A stretch of 54,525 nucleotides of DNA, counting the filler, from Sluysia triapertura (taxonomy: Eukaryota): assembly GCA_046118255.1 (NCBI GenBank). It is 4 parts of 4 records of this genome, joined end to end, with 100 filler letters (N's around TTAATTAATTAA, not from the genome) between each part and the next. Parts side by side here need not be neighbours in the genome. Positions count along the whole stretch, not along the records: positions 27,995 to 43,135 come from JBJNIA010237996.1; positions 43,236 to 54,525 come from JBJNIA010186303.1; 2 more parts are not named here. One strand, 5' to 3'. Both the position numbers and the translations under genes were made by a program. The notes below the pieces were generated by a model, which saw nothing but the letters and a program-made list of their open reading frames with translations, searched no databases and had not been told where the DNA came from. Of the stretch, positions 37,541 through 49,765 are shown piece by piece. Numbering within the stretch: the first letter of the stretch is position 1; each line of letters starts with the position of its first letter.

Positions 37541-38250
37541 AGAATAAGTATAATTTTCAAATATATCACTATTTCAAATTCATACAAATATATACAAATA
37601 TATACAAATATATGTAAATTCATACGAACAACAAAAAGCGAAAGGTTGATGGTAAAGACAAAAGAAATAATAATGATAACAATAACGTGATTATTATACA
37701 TTTTAAAATAATGGTGTTGTTGCGTTATTATAAAATTTATTATGAAAAATTATTACAAAAATTATTAATACGATTGGATTTGTAAAAACAATAGCTATAG
37801 TTCATGATAATTATGTACAATGATTATGTTTGGTTTTTCAAATGAGACAAGTAGTTTGTTTAATGTTCTACGTTGTATGAGATATTTTTATGTGATGAAT
37901 CATTGATATTTTGATATGATTTCTCTAAACCTTCTCTAATTAAATAATGTTACATCTTACAATGTATATTTTTTCGACAACATTTCAAAGTTATTTTACA
38001 AAACATTTAAATTAATTTAATTCAGTTAATTAACAAATGTACATTTATGAGTTTTATACTTTAAAACACATTTTAAGGTGTTTATAGCTTCATTTATATG
38101 ATAACTAAAAATATTGTACAATTTCCCATTACGGTCATACGTGATGCATCCGTTTATCATCTTTATTACAATAATTATCATTACAATTACAATATTTACA
38201 TTATATTGCTAATATTATCAATAATTACATTAACTATTATTATAAATTTT

Positions 38251-38378
38251 NNNNNNNNNNNNNNNNNNNNNNNNNNNNNNNNNNNNNNNNNNNNNNNNNN
38301 NNNNNNNNNNNNNNNNNNNNNNNNNNNNNNNNNNNNNNNNNNNNNNNNNNNNNNNNNNNNNNNNNNNNNNNNNNNNNN
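38251..38378. other. Scaffold gap (128 N)
   Basis: Plain N run without the linker 12-mer. Confidence 0.97.
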
Positions 38379-38515
38379 ATTCCATTAATAATTTTTATTT
38401 TAAAGTTCATAATTTCCATAAATTTTATTCTTATTTTTTTATTAATTTAATTTCTAAATTTTTATTAACAATTCAGTTTTCATAATTAAATTAATTTTTA
38501 TTTTTAATTCCATTT

Positions 38516-39300
38516 TTATAAATTTAATTTTAGACCCATATAATTTTTATTATTATTGCTTTCATTATCTCCCATTAATTCTCTTAATAGTGAACGTGGG
38601 GTTCTATCTAAATCAACACCATTATCATCATTTATGAGTTCATCTAATTTTCTTAAATCATCTGAAGGCTTAGTGTATGCTATTATTACTGCAGAAGTCA
38701 TTGATTCTTCCTCAGGGTTTCCATTCATTGATGGATAACCTTAATCATTGGGTAATAATTTTCTATCATAAAAATATAAATCAACATAACTTATAATGGA
38801 GTCATTTCACTTAAGTAATTCTATAATGTCTTTTACATTTGAAGTTACTGGTAGTTCCATGTAATATTCGAAGAATTATTAATAATTATACTTATTTTCA
38901 TTAAATCTTTATGATTATTTTCTCCTTCCTTTTGTCCTATTTTCCTTAGTAATTCTTCCTATCTAGTCTTATATAAACTATCTTCCTTACTTACTTTCTA
39001 ATATTAATTTAATGTCTTATCCATTTTGCATAATTAACTCTAAATTCAATAACTCATTTAAAGTTTCATTCAATTTTTTAGCATTTGTGATATCATTTGC
39101 CATATCTAATAAAAATTCCTCAACTTCAAGTTTTTGTTTCTGGGTATTTATTTTTTAGTTAGCGGATATTATTATTGATTCCACCTCTTCTATGGCACTG
39201 TAATACGCACCTTCTTCATCTATTACCATTTCTTCTGCCTGTAATTCTTCATCAACTATTTATTTATTATTATTAATATCTGTTTCGACTTATTAATCAT
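38516..39300 (-). pseudogene. Degraded acidic/coiled-coil ORF, possibly retroelement gag
   Basis: Purine-rich minus strand with Glu/Lys-rich peptides (LLRKIGQKEGE) and many stops. Directly abuts the repeat terminus at 39307. Confidence 0.3.
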
Positions 39301-39306
39301 CACTTA

Positions 39307-39700
39307 TGTGGTGACCAACCTATTATTTTTAGTAAATTTCATTAAAAGTTTTTCTTTTGAACATTACAAAACCACATTCACTTTCAAAATATACAATATA
39401 CATCTTAAAACTCATTAAAAACATTTTATACATAGTTCCATTTCAATATAATCAAAATCGCATGTTTCAATATCACACAATTACCCTTTTACAATGTACC
39501 AAAATCTACACTATAATTTATCTTCTTTACATTCACCAAACTACTCTCTTTTCAATGCAATTTTAAGTCACAACCTACTAACATCTAAACATTACTTTCA
39601 TACAAAACATCAATGTAAACTTAAAATCCATTTAAAAAACTTATATTATTTTTAAATATTCAAATCACAAGTCCACAATCCTTTAATTTCCATAACTTCA
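39307..39700 (+). mobile_element. TGTGGTGG-type LTR-like repeat
   Basis: TGTGGTGACCAACCTA start, C/A skew, and distal block caagtccacaatccttt shared with caagttcacaatccttc at ~20900. Confidence 0.65.
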
Positions 39701-40270
39701 AATATGTTTAGAAATAATAAAGGAGATGAAGAAAGTTTATGTTTAGAAAATCGAATAAATTTATGTTTTTTATATTAAAAATAATAATAATAATAATAAT
39801 AACATTATTATTATTATCATGTTAATTTCAATTTAATTTTATAGTTCAATTAAATAACTTTGTAACTATCACGACCAGTGGTGACTTCATTAATTTAAAA
39901 CTATGATTTATTGTCACCACAGATAGTGGCTTGTCTGTCAATCATGTCTCTTTTAAGGCTATTACTGGTTGTCCAACCAGAGTGTACCTGAACAACCAAT
40001 CAAGATAATCGCTCATTTAATACTGTGATACTATGTATCAATAGTTAATCGTAATTTGATTCATGCTAAAAAGTAGACAATAATACTGTGCTAATACTAA
40101 TAAAGCTAATATTAGTTCGACAGCCAATCCAGACACAGTACAAAAATACAGTTCATTTTTAAAGAAGTTATTATTTTAAATATAAACACTTATGAAGTAA
40201 GGCGAACATTTTACTGATCTATATAATTTATATTATGATTCAAATATTATAAAGACATTTTAATATAAAA

Positions 40271-41700
40271 TTGTGTCAAAATTACGTATCAAAGCCATGT
40301 TATGGTAATCTTACAAATATACGTTTATTGAATGATTTATTTATAAAGAACGAAAGTGTATGTTGTTTTATCAAACGTGATAGAGATATTACAAGGGACA
40401 TAAATATAAGTGATAAATTGTTAGTAAATTCTAAATATTGTGGTACATGTTCATTTACTTGCCTAGTAAATGGAAATCCTGAATGTGGAATAAATCTTGA
40501 AGACAGTTGCGATGAACCTAATGAAGACGTTTTTCGTTATGACAACAATTTTATATTTTTAATTGAAAAAATTTTAAAAAAAGATGTGCATAATTATTTA
40601 AGTTTACTAAGAAATTAAATATAAATGAATTAAGTAATTACAGTATTCTAGAAACTAGTAAATACTTTAAATAACCTAATTTAAAAAAACGGAGTGTAAT
40701 TAATATATATATTTTTTAAAGGATCAATAATTCAAGTAACATGTAAATGTATAGGAGTGTGAATGAACGAAGTTCTGTTGCAGTTGAATGGTATCACCAC
40801 AAAAGTCTAATAGTGTTACAAATAGCATATTTAATTCAAGTGAACTAGTTAATATAGATAAAGATCAGTATTGTTTATTTACGAAGATAAACTTGATATA
40901 ATTAAGATATGCAATAACAAAGACTATGAAGATTTTGAAAACCTAAATAAGAATGATATGGAATGTTACATGACTTATGATAAATGCATGAAAGGATTTC
41001 ATAAAAACTTAATGCATGTAGATGATTTATTTATAATTAAATATTCGGTCTGTTGTACTAATTTATCAAAAGATATTCACACAAATTGTAAAATAAAAAC
41101 AGGTCAAATTTTGTTGATAAGTAATAAACTGTGTGGAATATCTTGTGGATTTGGATTTCAGTTTTACTTGAAAACAGAACAGAGTACAATAATGAAAATG
41201 AACTATATTTTTTAATGGTGGAGTTTTAGCTCTAAAAGAAGTTTGTGATGCAAATAAACCTCTACGTATAAATATGCCTAGTTATGCATAGAATATGAAG
41301 AAAAACGTAAAAAAAGATTACAATCATCTTTCGTAAGCCAACATATTATTTCTTTTAAATGTCAACGTTTTTACCGTATATCCAAGAATATAACGTATGT
41401 TCCATCATTTCCTGGCAATCCAATGTTTCAAAAATATTTCAGTAATGCATCAATTCCAAGTCAGGGTATTACAACGACACTTCGCCCATTTAGCAGTTAC
41501 CAAAATGGTATTTAAACGAAATTTGTAATCAACTGCCCTTACGCTCACACAGTTAGTCAAGTGGTGAATCGTAATCTCCAGTGTACTTTTTACATGAATC
41601 GTCTGTTTAGAATGGAGAATTTGCAAAAATGCATAGGAATTCAAATTTCAGAAAAATACAACAACATTCGTTATTTCTATAATGATAATGTAATTTTTCT
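40271..41700 (+). pseudogene. Degraded orphan gene with two copies of a Cys-containing domain
   Basis: LLNDLFIKNESVCC...LLVNSKYCG versus HVDDLFIIKYSVCC...LLISNKLCG. Further ORF fragments run to ~41700. Confidence 0.55.
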
Positions 41701-43088
41701 TTATTTTTACTCTAACGATAATTTAACTTTCATTTTTCTTTTAGGTAGAGACACGTGGCTTAATAACAATACAGAAGACATTATGAACCCCTTAACTAAC
41801 AAAAAATTTAAATTTTGTGGTTTTAATAAAATTTTCGCTGTTTACGTATTTTCTTTAATTTTTGATAAACTGTTAAATTTAAAATTCGTTTCTAAGTGGA
41901 TAAATTTCAAATTGAGAATAAAAATTTCAAACAATAAAGTAAAAGAATATTATAAAAACCTGATATTCAACATTAAATTTAAATACCCTAATCTTACAAC
42001 AACTTAATTCGTTATTCGTTTCGGAGTCATTTGAATGATCTTTTTCATCATTTATTTCTTAATTTGTTTCTTCTTCTTCTATTGAACTCGATTCAGTATT
42101 TAATTCTTCTTCTATTTTATCATTACTTTCTTTGGATTCTGAATCTATTTCTGTATCGATTCTTCTATTTGGTTCAATTTTCTTCGCCTTATCATCCAAT
42201 TATCAATTATTTCTTGAATTCTTTTCTTTTATCTTCGTTTGTAATTACTTCTTTATTTGTTTGATTCTTTCTTCCATATGTTTGTTTAATATTTCTCGAA
42301 TTCTGACTTGAATTGGTTGGACTATTAATCTATTTTTTCCTTTTCTCATTGTTCCATTCTTTGCTCATCTTTTTGGAATTCTATAGTGCATGTAACTCAT
42401 ATAGATTTCCTCTTCTTGCTTATTTTTGAATCTATTTTTATCGCAATCTAATCCAGTAATTTAAAATTCTCTAAGCATCGCATTCTTTTCTTCATTGGTA
42501 ATTAACTTAAGATATTTTTCATCTTCTTCATCGCTACTAATTTCTCTTCTTGCTTCTCTTCTATTATTTCTTTTCTTTTCATATTGATATTCGTCTTCGT
42601 CTTCATATTCGTTTTTATAATTTCTATAATTTTTTGACTTCTATAGTTACAATTTACCTGTCCCTTATTACTCTTATTATTGTCATCATTAAACCTTACT
42701 TTCCTATTAGGACTTTGGTATCTCTGTTGTTGATGGCCCCTTACTATAGTAAAGTCTTGAGTAAACACATTTGGCCTTAGTTTCCTACAATTTATTTTTT
42801 CCAAATTTTTTGCTTATATATTTAATTTTTGTACTATTTTATTTTATAAATTTTACAAATTAATTTTTTACTTCAAAATTTTATTCTTAATCACAAAAAA
42901 TATTTACATTAAAACCAAATAATCAACAACAATAACAATACTAAAATTAAAAATCAATAATAACTATCTATTAATTGTCTATTATGTGCATAAATAATTT
43001 AATATGTATGTGTTACAAATAATCATATATAATATATAATCATATATTTTATTATTATTACTATTATTATTAATCCTATTCATTAAAG

Positions 43089-43135
43089 CAGTGGTGTCAA
43101 AGTGGCAGCCTGCGGGCCGCTTGCGGCCCGTGTAT
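43089..43135 (+). mobile_element. hAT (Charlie/Buster-type) transposon terminus, cut by contig end
   Basis: CAGTGGTGTCAAA...GCCTGCGGGCCGCTTGCGGCCCG is the typical terminus plus GC-rich subterminal palindrome. It is preceded by the 8-mer CATTAAAG (nnnTAnnn). Confidence 0.8.
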
Positions 43136-43235
43136 NNNNNNNNNNNNNNNNNNNNNNNNNNNNNNNNNNNNNNNNNNNNTTAATTAATTAANNNNNNNNN
43201 NNNNNNNNNNNNNNNNNNNNNNNNNNNNNNNNNNN
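43136..43235. other. Artificial contig linker
   Basis: N44-TTAATTAATTAA-N44. Confidence 0.97.

Positions 43236-43305
<70 letters not shown>
43236..43305. repeat. (AAT)n microsatellite inside a probable intron
   Basis: About 23 units. Begins immediately after a minus-strand GT donor at 43306. Confidence 0.95.
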
Positions 43306-43306
<1 letters not shown>

Positions 43307-43555
43307 TTGAATGCCCAAATCCACGTGTTTTTCCTCTTTTGTACAATTTGTATCTTTTTCGTGTATTTTTCGACATTTGATACAATTTGTTTTATGGCAT
43401 ATTAAACATTCAAACGTTGTTGTTGTTAATTTCACATCCGAAGTAACATAGTAATTACAATTAACGCTTCGACAAATATATACAAATGGCAATATACTTT
43501 TTATGAATTTAAACGATCGATTCTCATATTTTTCATAATCTTTTTCAGATAAAAT
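43307..43555 (-). CDS. Exon encoding the IBR domain of an RBR E3 ligase (RBCK1/HOIL-1-like); upstream RING1 region (~43650-43910) appears degraded
   Basis: TTTTAG|ILSEKDYEKYENRSF...YICRSVNCNYY...FECLICHKTNCIKCRKIHEKDTNC...IQ|GT. It is a 249-nt phase 0-0 exon with a complete IBR ligand set. Confidence 0.75.
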
Positions 43556-44869
43556 CTAAAATAATGTTTTAAAAACGAATTTGTAAAATATTTTCAAAAA
43601 AATCTCATAATTTAACAAATGAATCATAATTTAACAAAAGTGTTTATAATGTGTCATTGCTACAACTAAAAATATGTTGGGACACGAAAACTATCTCAGC
43701 CATTGCAACTTTTTTAGCGAGTTAGATAGGTTGTAACTTATAGAGATTAATATCTTATCAATTTATGTACCAATCTTGAAAAATATCTTTAAAAATATTT
43801 ACAAATTGAATTTATTCAATACAAGACTTATAAATGCATTAACATTTACAAAGATGTTTTTGAAAGCTGAAAAATGGTTTTAGTTTTCACTTACGCAGAT
43901 AACATTCATAGAACTTGGCTCATCGTAAATAACTTTCGAGTTTTCATATAAAATTGAAAGAAAACATTACGTATTTTTTAATGAATTTAACAAATTTACC
44001 AGCTTAAAACAGGTATTTTAAAAATATGCAAGAATGATTTAATGTTTTATCATCTTATTTCAATAAGTTGTGAGCATAATTACTTGTTGGCAAATATGAA
44101 AAACAAATAGTAGTCGCTATCAGAAAATATCGATAGATAAAAATAATTATAAATACTAAAGCAAGTGTTCACTGTATTTTTCTCAACAACTTAACCATTT
44201 GCAGAAATTGAAACCAGAAAACAAAATGAAATTGGTTCCCCTATATTCAAAATGCAATGGTAACCACCTTATGTCAAATTACAACAGCGGTCATTGAAAT
44301 TGTGATTCCTTGTTTGAAACTTGCTTCGAGATAAAAATGATGACAATAATAGCAACAGTTAAGAACTTTTAAAATAAGTAATAATTCTAAAGAAAATTAA
44401 TAACAAACATTTCCTTTTCAGCAGGGCTCTAAGTTTTTTGACATTGGTTTTAAGTTAAACTTATAACATTTATATAATTCATAATAATTTTATAAAAAAA
44501 ATGAATTAGTTAGTGCATAGTGCCACAGATAAAACAATTTCATTTCAATAAGGCGTAACGCCTCGAAGGCGTAAAACACATTAACAAATTTTTTAAGGTC
44601 GTAACAAATAAAAGTAAGGAAAAAAATATAACGCTGTATGAACATACAATATTTCATAAATATTTGTGCTAGAGTCGATAAAACAAAATAGTGCTAATTA
44701 AAGCAAAATTACCTACAATATTTCGATGGAATAAAAGTATAAACATTCAAGGTAATTATGGAGGGGTTCATAAATCTTTATTAAATTAATTAAATTAATT
44801 GTTATTAAAATATTAACTTTATCAATTAACAAGAAAAAACATTGCTTAACACGTATATAGGGCTTAAGG

Positions 44870-45110
44870 TGTGGTGGTACAGCCTCTTAGATTACATGCA
44901 TTATACCTACTCTAATCAGAAACCACATAGACTTCATCACAAAAACCATACTAAAATAAAGTTCATCCGTAACCCTTACATTATTACACCTTTCATTATT
45001 AACAAAGCATAGACGCATAACAAAACCCCTAATACTTTAATATTTTGTCTATTAACATCCAAGTAACGTTTATCGTCATTTTATCATCACTTCAACATCA
45101 TTCTTTTAGT
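44870..45110 (+). mobile_element. TGTGGTGG-type LTR-like repeat (divergent)
   Basis: TGTGGTGGTACAGCCT followed by a C/A-skewed tract. Confidence 0.4.
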
Positions 45111-45516
45111 GTATTTTATTTGTGCACGATTTAAATGTTTATCGGTGAAACAAATTTTTATAGACGGATAATTTTATTGAATTTCATAATGATGGGTAAT
45201 TTTTCGTAGCTTCTGCTGAATTAACAGTCCCGTTAAGTCTTTAAATAAGAGGATTGCAATTGTTAGCTGAGGAAAAGCATAAATATGGGAAACAGTAAGA
45301 AAAAGAATTAATGATCCCTCGAAAAGCTGAACAAAATGTAATTAATAAGAATAAGAAAAGAAAAAGAAAATATAAAGAAATAAAGAAATTTACTTTTTTT
45401 GTTGAAAAATGCATTATAATATATATAATTTTTACAATTTTATATCGTATATCGTTTAACGAAATATTTTCCTTTTACGTTTAAACTATACACTTTTGTA
45501 TTTGGAATAATACTTT

Positions 45517-46612
45517 ATGAATAATATAACAGTTTTTATGAGCAATATTATGAACTGGTCTGCTATTAGAATGAAGAAATTTGAGGTGTCAGAAGAAGCT
45601 TTGCAGTGCATGTCAAGTTTCATGAAATACTGGAAGTCTTGTTCGTATGAAAAGAAATTTATTGGCGATATTAACATATTCTGTGAAAAACACAAAGATT
45701 TTGTACATATGAACTGCGATGGTGATATTCAAATTACTCTGAAAATATTTTTATTCTCTCGTGATGAAAGCGCAATTAAAAATGCATTTAAAAACATTTC
45801 AAAACAAACCCAAAATACAAAATTATCCAAGCTCCTGTGGTCTGGCATTATCTAGAAAATGAAGTACATGAAAATAAAATCTGGCGTCTAGGTGTAATAG
45901 ATGAGTTTACCACAATTTCGAGTTTTGTGTAATTATACAACTATAACTTCAAAAATAAATCAAGTTAATCATAAAATGCTAAGTACCATTCCAAACGATA
46001 TTAAAAAAGTCGCAAATGATCACGATATGGGACTGTTATCTGATTATAATGATACACCAAATAATGATCGAGATCGTAGTGCACATAGATTTGAACTCCT
46101 GAAGTGGATGCATGGATTATATCGAATCTGCATTACTAATATTACATTATTCTATTCTGATGAGCATGATGGACTCTTGCTACCATGCGGTTGTATTCGA
46201 AGCTATATTGTTAAAACGTGAAACCAGCCCAGCCAGTTGGTTCTTGGTCAGTGATGCAGAAACGATTCAGAGATTGCAAAGTTCGAGAATTGAGCATCAA
46301 ATTCAAATTGTACGGGTCCCTAAAGCCATTGTAGAACATTTTCATTATATTCAGTGTAACTTGATTTGTTCTGATTTGATAAAACATATCTTAAACGAAG
46401 TTTCAAGTGAAGATTGCTTGAAGTTTAGTCATGATGAATTACGATATGCTGGTTTATGTTTAAAGTCTTTAGTTGATGGAAAGGTAGTACCCGACATTTT
46501 GTGAAAGACTTTAAACTGTTGGATGTGTGTACGCGGCCTATCCGAAGGTTACAAACGAGAGACTCATTTTTTTTGTTTTATGAATTTTGCTCGCGTTTCA
46601 AAATTAGTTTAG
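45517..46612 (+). pseudogene. Fragmented intronless orphan gene
   Basis: Three consecutive ORFs (112, 106, 130 aa) in a visibly higher-GC island. Open reading continues after the TGA at 46502. No family recognised. Confidence 0.55.
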
Positions 46613-46925
46613 TTACATTATATTTGTGTTCTAATATGAATAACTTGTCTTATCTTTACTTTATTCGCCCTCACAGGTAGAGAAAAAATGTTTTCAAGTG
46701 CCTTAAGCACGAATTTGTTAATAAAAGTTATAAATATATAAATGCTAAATGCAATACAAACTATGATAATAAATTTAATGAATTATATCTATTGAATAAA
46801 GACATTTATTTCTCCATAAAATACTTACAATTTAAAAATAACACTTCTTTACCCATACAAATCCCTTTAAATAATAAATTCAGTAAATGACGAACTAAAG
46901 ATATAACACAACAATGTTATATTAA

Positions 46926-47170
46926 CCCTTTGACTACCAATGGGACGATGGATCCCACAGAAGTTATGTTCTACATCAGTGGGTTAAAAGTAGCTTTAAA
47001 CAGCCTAACAGACCGTCCCAATGGTTGTGTAATGCTTATTGAATGACGTGAAATCAGCTGGTGACCTTGGTCGGTTACATTTATCTAGTTATTATTATTT
47101 GTGTTGTCAGACTGCACCAATTAAGTTAATATTATAAAATGGGAGCAAAAAAGGTTTGGTAGTGAAAGGG
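46926..47170. mobile_element. Complete piggyBac-type MITE (245 bp)
   Basis: TIRs CCCTTTGACTACCAA / TTGGTAGTGAAAGGG (14/15), with a TTAA duplication at 46922-46925 and 47171-47174. Confidence 0.92.
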
Positions 47171-47334
47171 TTAAAACTGTTTAACTAATAACAAGTTAAA
47201 TGTTACTATAAAAGCTAACAGAATAAGAAGGATGAGACTATACCAATTATAATAAAAATTAACCAATTGAATTCTTTTGCTTTAATCAAAGATTGACGAT
47301 TAGAATAAGTAGTCTATTAACACCTTTAGTATTT

Positions 47335-47863
47335 AGACATCATGGCAATAATTTTCATCATATACCTTCTCAACACAGGATGGATATTCATCGCAGAATC
47401 TTTCACTACAATTTAGAGTAACTTCACTAAAAATCATATAAACGTCTGTAGTCACATGTTGCACGATAAATGTTGCGCTTGTAAAAGAATAAGCATATGT
47501 GCCTTAAAGTATCTGATAACTTTTGAATTCGTAAAATTTTGCAAAATTCTCAATTTTAAGTATCATATAAAATAGTGCACTGACCTTCGATTTTTCAAGG
47601 TCTAATGTTATTCTGCACATATGTAGTACTAAATATTTACAACTTTCATTTCGTTCTATAGTACAACTCATATTAGTAAAACATAGTCCTAACATTTTAA
47701 ACCAATATGTCAGATAACTTTTAAAATTGTTCCATTTCGGCATGTAGTTGAATTCAAGTTGGATACTGACGTATTCGTCATAATTATGTAAAATAAGACA
47801 TATAAACTGCTTAATTTTAACTTCATATTCAGACCAACATAAAATTATATTTTTATCCAACAA
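47335..47863 (-). pseudogene. Orphan coding relic
   Basis: 119-aa ORF whose frame stays open for ~55 more codons after one TAA. Confidence 0.35.
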
Positions 47864-48947
47864 ACCACAATATTGATTTTTTGTATTAGTTTTATTTGGT
47901 TATAAATTAATATTGTTTTTATTTATTTGTATCTTTTATAATTTCAGGATTTCTTTCAGAACAAAATTTTGGAGATTTACCAGGTTATAATTTAAATATT
48001 TGATTTAGCAAAATTAATTTGTAGTAAATTGGTTATCATTCTTCATGAATAAGATGTTTTCATCCATTATTTTACTCTCATCAGCATTTTGGGGAATACA
48101 GTTTATTTCCAAAATTTCTATATCCAGCGATATGCGGAAGCATCAAATCTAACAGATTTCCTTCCAAATCGTAAGCTTTTTATTTTAAGCTTTACGTACG
48201 ATAAGATTAAAATACACTTTACTCTCGATAAATTTACAAGTAGTTTAAATCTGATTCTAAAATTAAACTCAATATTAAAATTGTCTTAATATTTTAACAA
48301 AATCGTTTTATCACTCATCATTATACCTTAAAAATTATTAAACTATACATCAATTGTATTCCAATTCAATAAAGTCTATCTAATAATTTTAATATTTTAT
48401 TTCGATAGCTGTTATACTTCTTCGTAGCCTAATGTGAACGAATCCAGTGAAAATTTATGTTGAAATAATAAATTACAAAATTAATTAATTTATTTGGTTA
48501 TTAATTACCTTTATTATGCAAAATAATTATTAAGAATTTTAATAACCTCTTTAATTTCACGCTCTTGTAAAATACCGTTACAATTAAATGGACATCGAAC
48601 AACAAGATCAATAGTTTCAATTATATGATTTTCAAGACATTTTCTAAATAAGGAAATGTCGTATAATCAGTAATATCAATCTAAATTTAAATTATTGTTT
48701 CAAATTCGAACTTAATTTCAGCTTATCAAAACCTATTTGTAATAAATACATGCCGCTTCATTATTTACTATTATTTATTTTATTGTTAGATTTAAGAATA
48801 TTTTGTTATATTGTTACGAATTTTTGTTAAATTTCGTTAATTTAATGTTATGTATAATCGCTTTTATTTTACATGATTATTTGAATATTTTTGGAAAAGC
48901 ATTCTTAACAATATACAATAATTTAATATTAATTATTAATGCTGTAT

Positions 48948-49233
48948 TGTGGTGGTCCAACTTTATTCAGAAGATTAACGAAACAATACATATAATAAAC
49001 CAAATTTTAAATCAAATACCCAAAACTTCAAATAGTATAAAATCATATAACTTTTAACTAAACCTTAGAAAGATAATAAAAAAGCATGATAAGGAAGTTC
49101 CTATTTCATTTTTTTCACAAATATCTTTTTATAGATTATGACAATTATTTCCTTATCGAAACGGGTCAACAAATTCTTTAGACTTTTATACCTTCATAAA
49201 TCATTCATATTCAAATTGAATCAATAAATTACA
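48948..49233 (+). mobile_element. Candidate complete LTR (TGTGG...AATAAA-TTACA)
   Basis: TGTGGTGGTCCAACT start. AATAAATTACA ends at 49233, followed by C-TGG and a degraded Glu/Lys-rich reading frame. Confidence 0.4.
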
Positions 49234-49765
49234 CTGGATCAAAATTTCAAATGAATTTCATGATTAGCAATAAAATATCCGAGAATTACGTTTCTTCATA
49301 AAAAGTCAAACTGAAGAGTTAATCGAAGAATTGAAAACAAAAAGCTACAAATGAAGAAGAATTTGGATGAATAACGACGAATCACAACACAAATTAAAGC
49401 AGAAAAATCTAATACTGAAACGGAAATACAACTTTTATCTGAAACACATCAAAATAAAACACTAATCAAGAAATCTAAATCTAAATCTCAAGAAGTAGAA
49501 ACGGATTAAAGTCTGAAAGTAAAACTATAGATCAATATTTTGAAACAAACGTAAAAAATTAAGTTAAGATCAACAAAATATTAAATCCAGTAAAGATGAC
49601 AGGTAAATTATTATAAAAAACATTATCAACATATCATCAATAAACAAAGAATTTAATTGAATATTCAAGATTTATTGAAGCATCATAACCATGAAGAAAC
49701 AAATTATGCAATTACAAGAATGCTTACACATCTAGAACAACGAATAATACTAAAAGACACAAAAT

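Noticed and set aside
42031-42804. Plus-strand Leu/Phe-rich membrane ORFs
   Set aside because: Shadows of a purine-rich degraded minus-strand frame. No family could be assigned to either strand.
43184-43385. Poly-Ile / poly-Tyr proteins (also ORF 38098-38388 through Ns)
   Set aside because: Translations of an (AAT)n microsatellite and N gaps.
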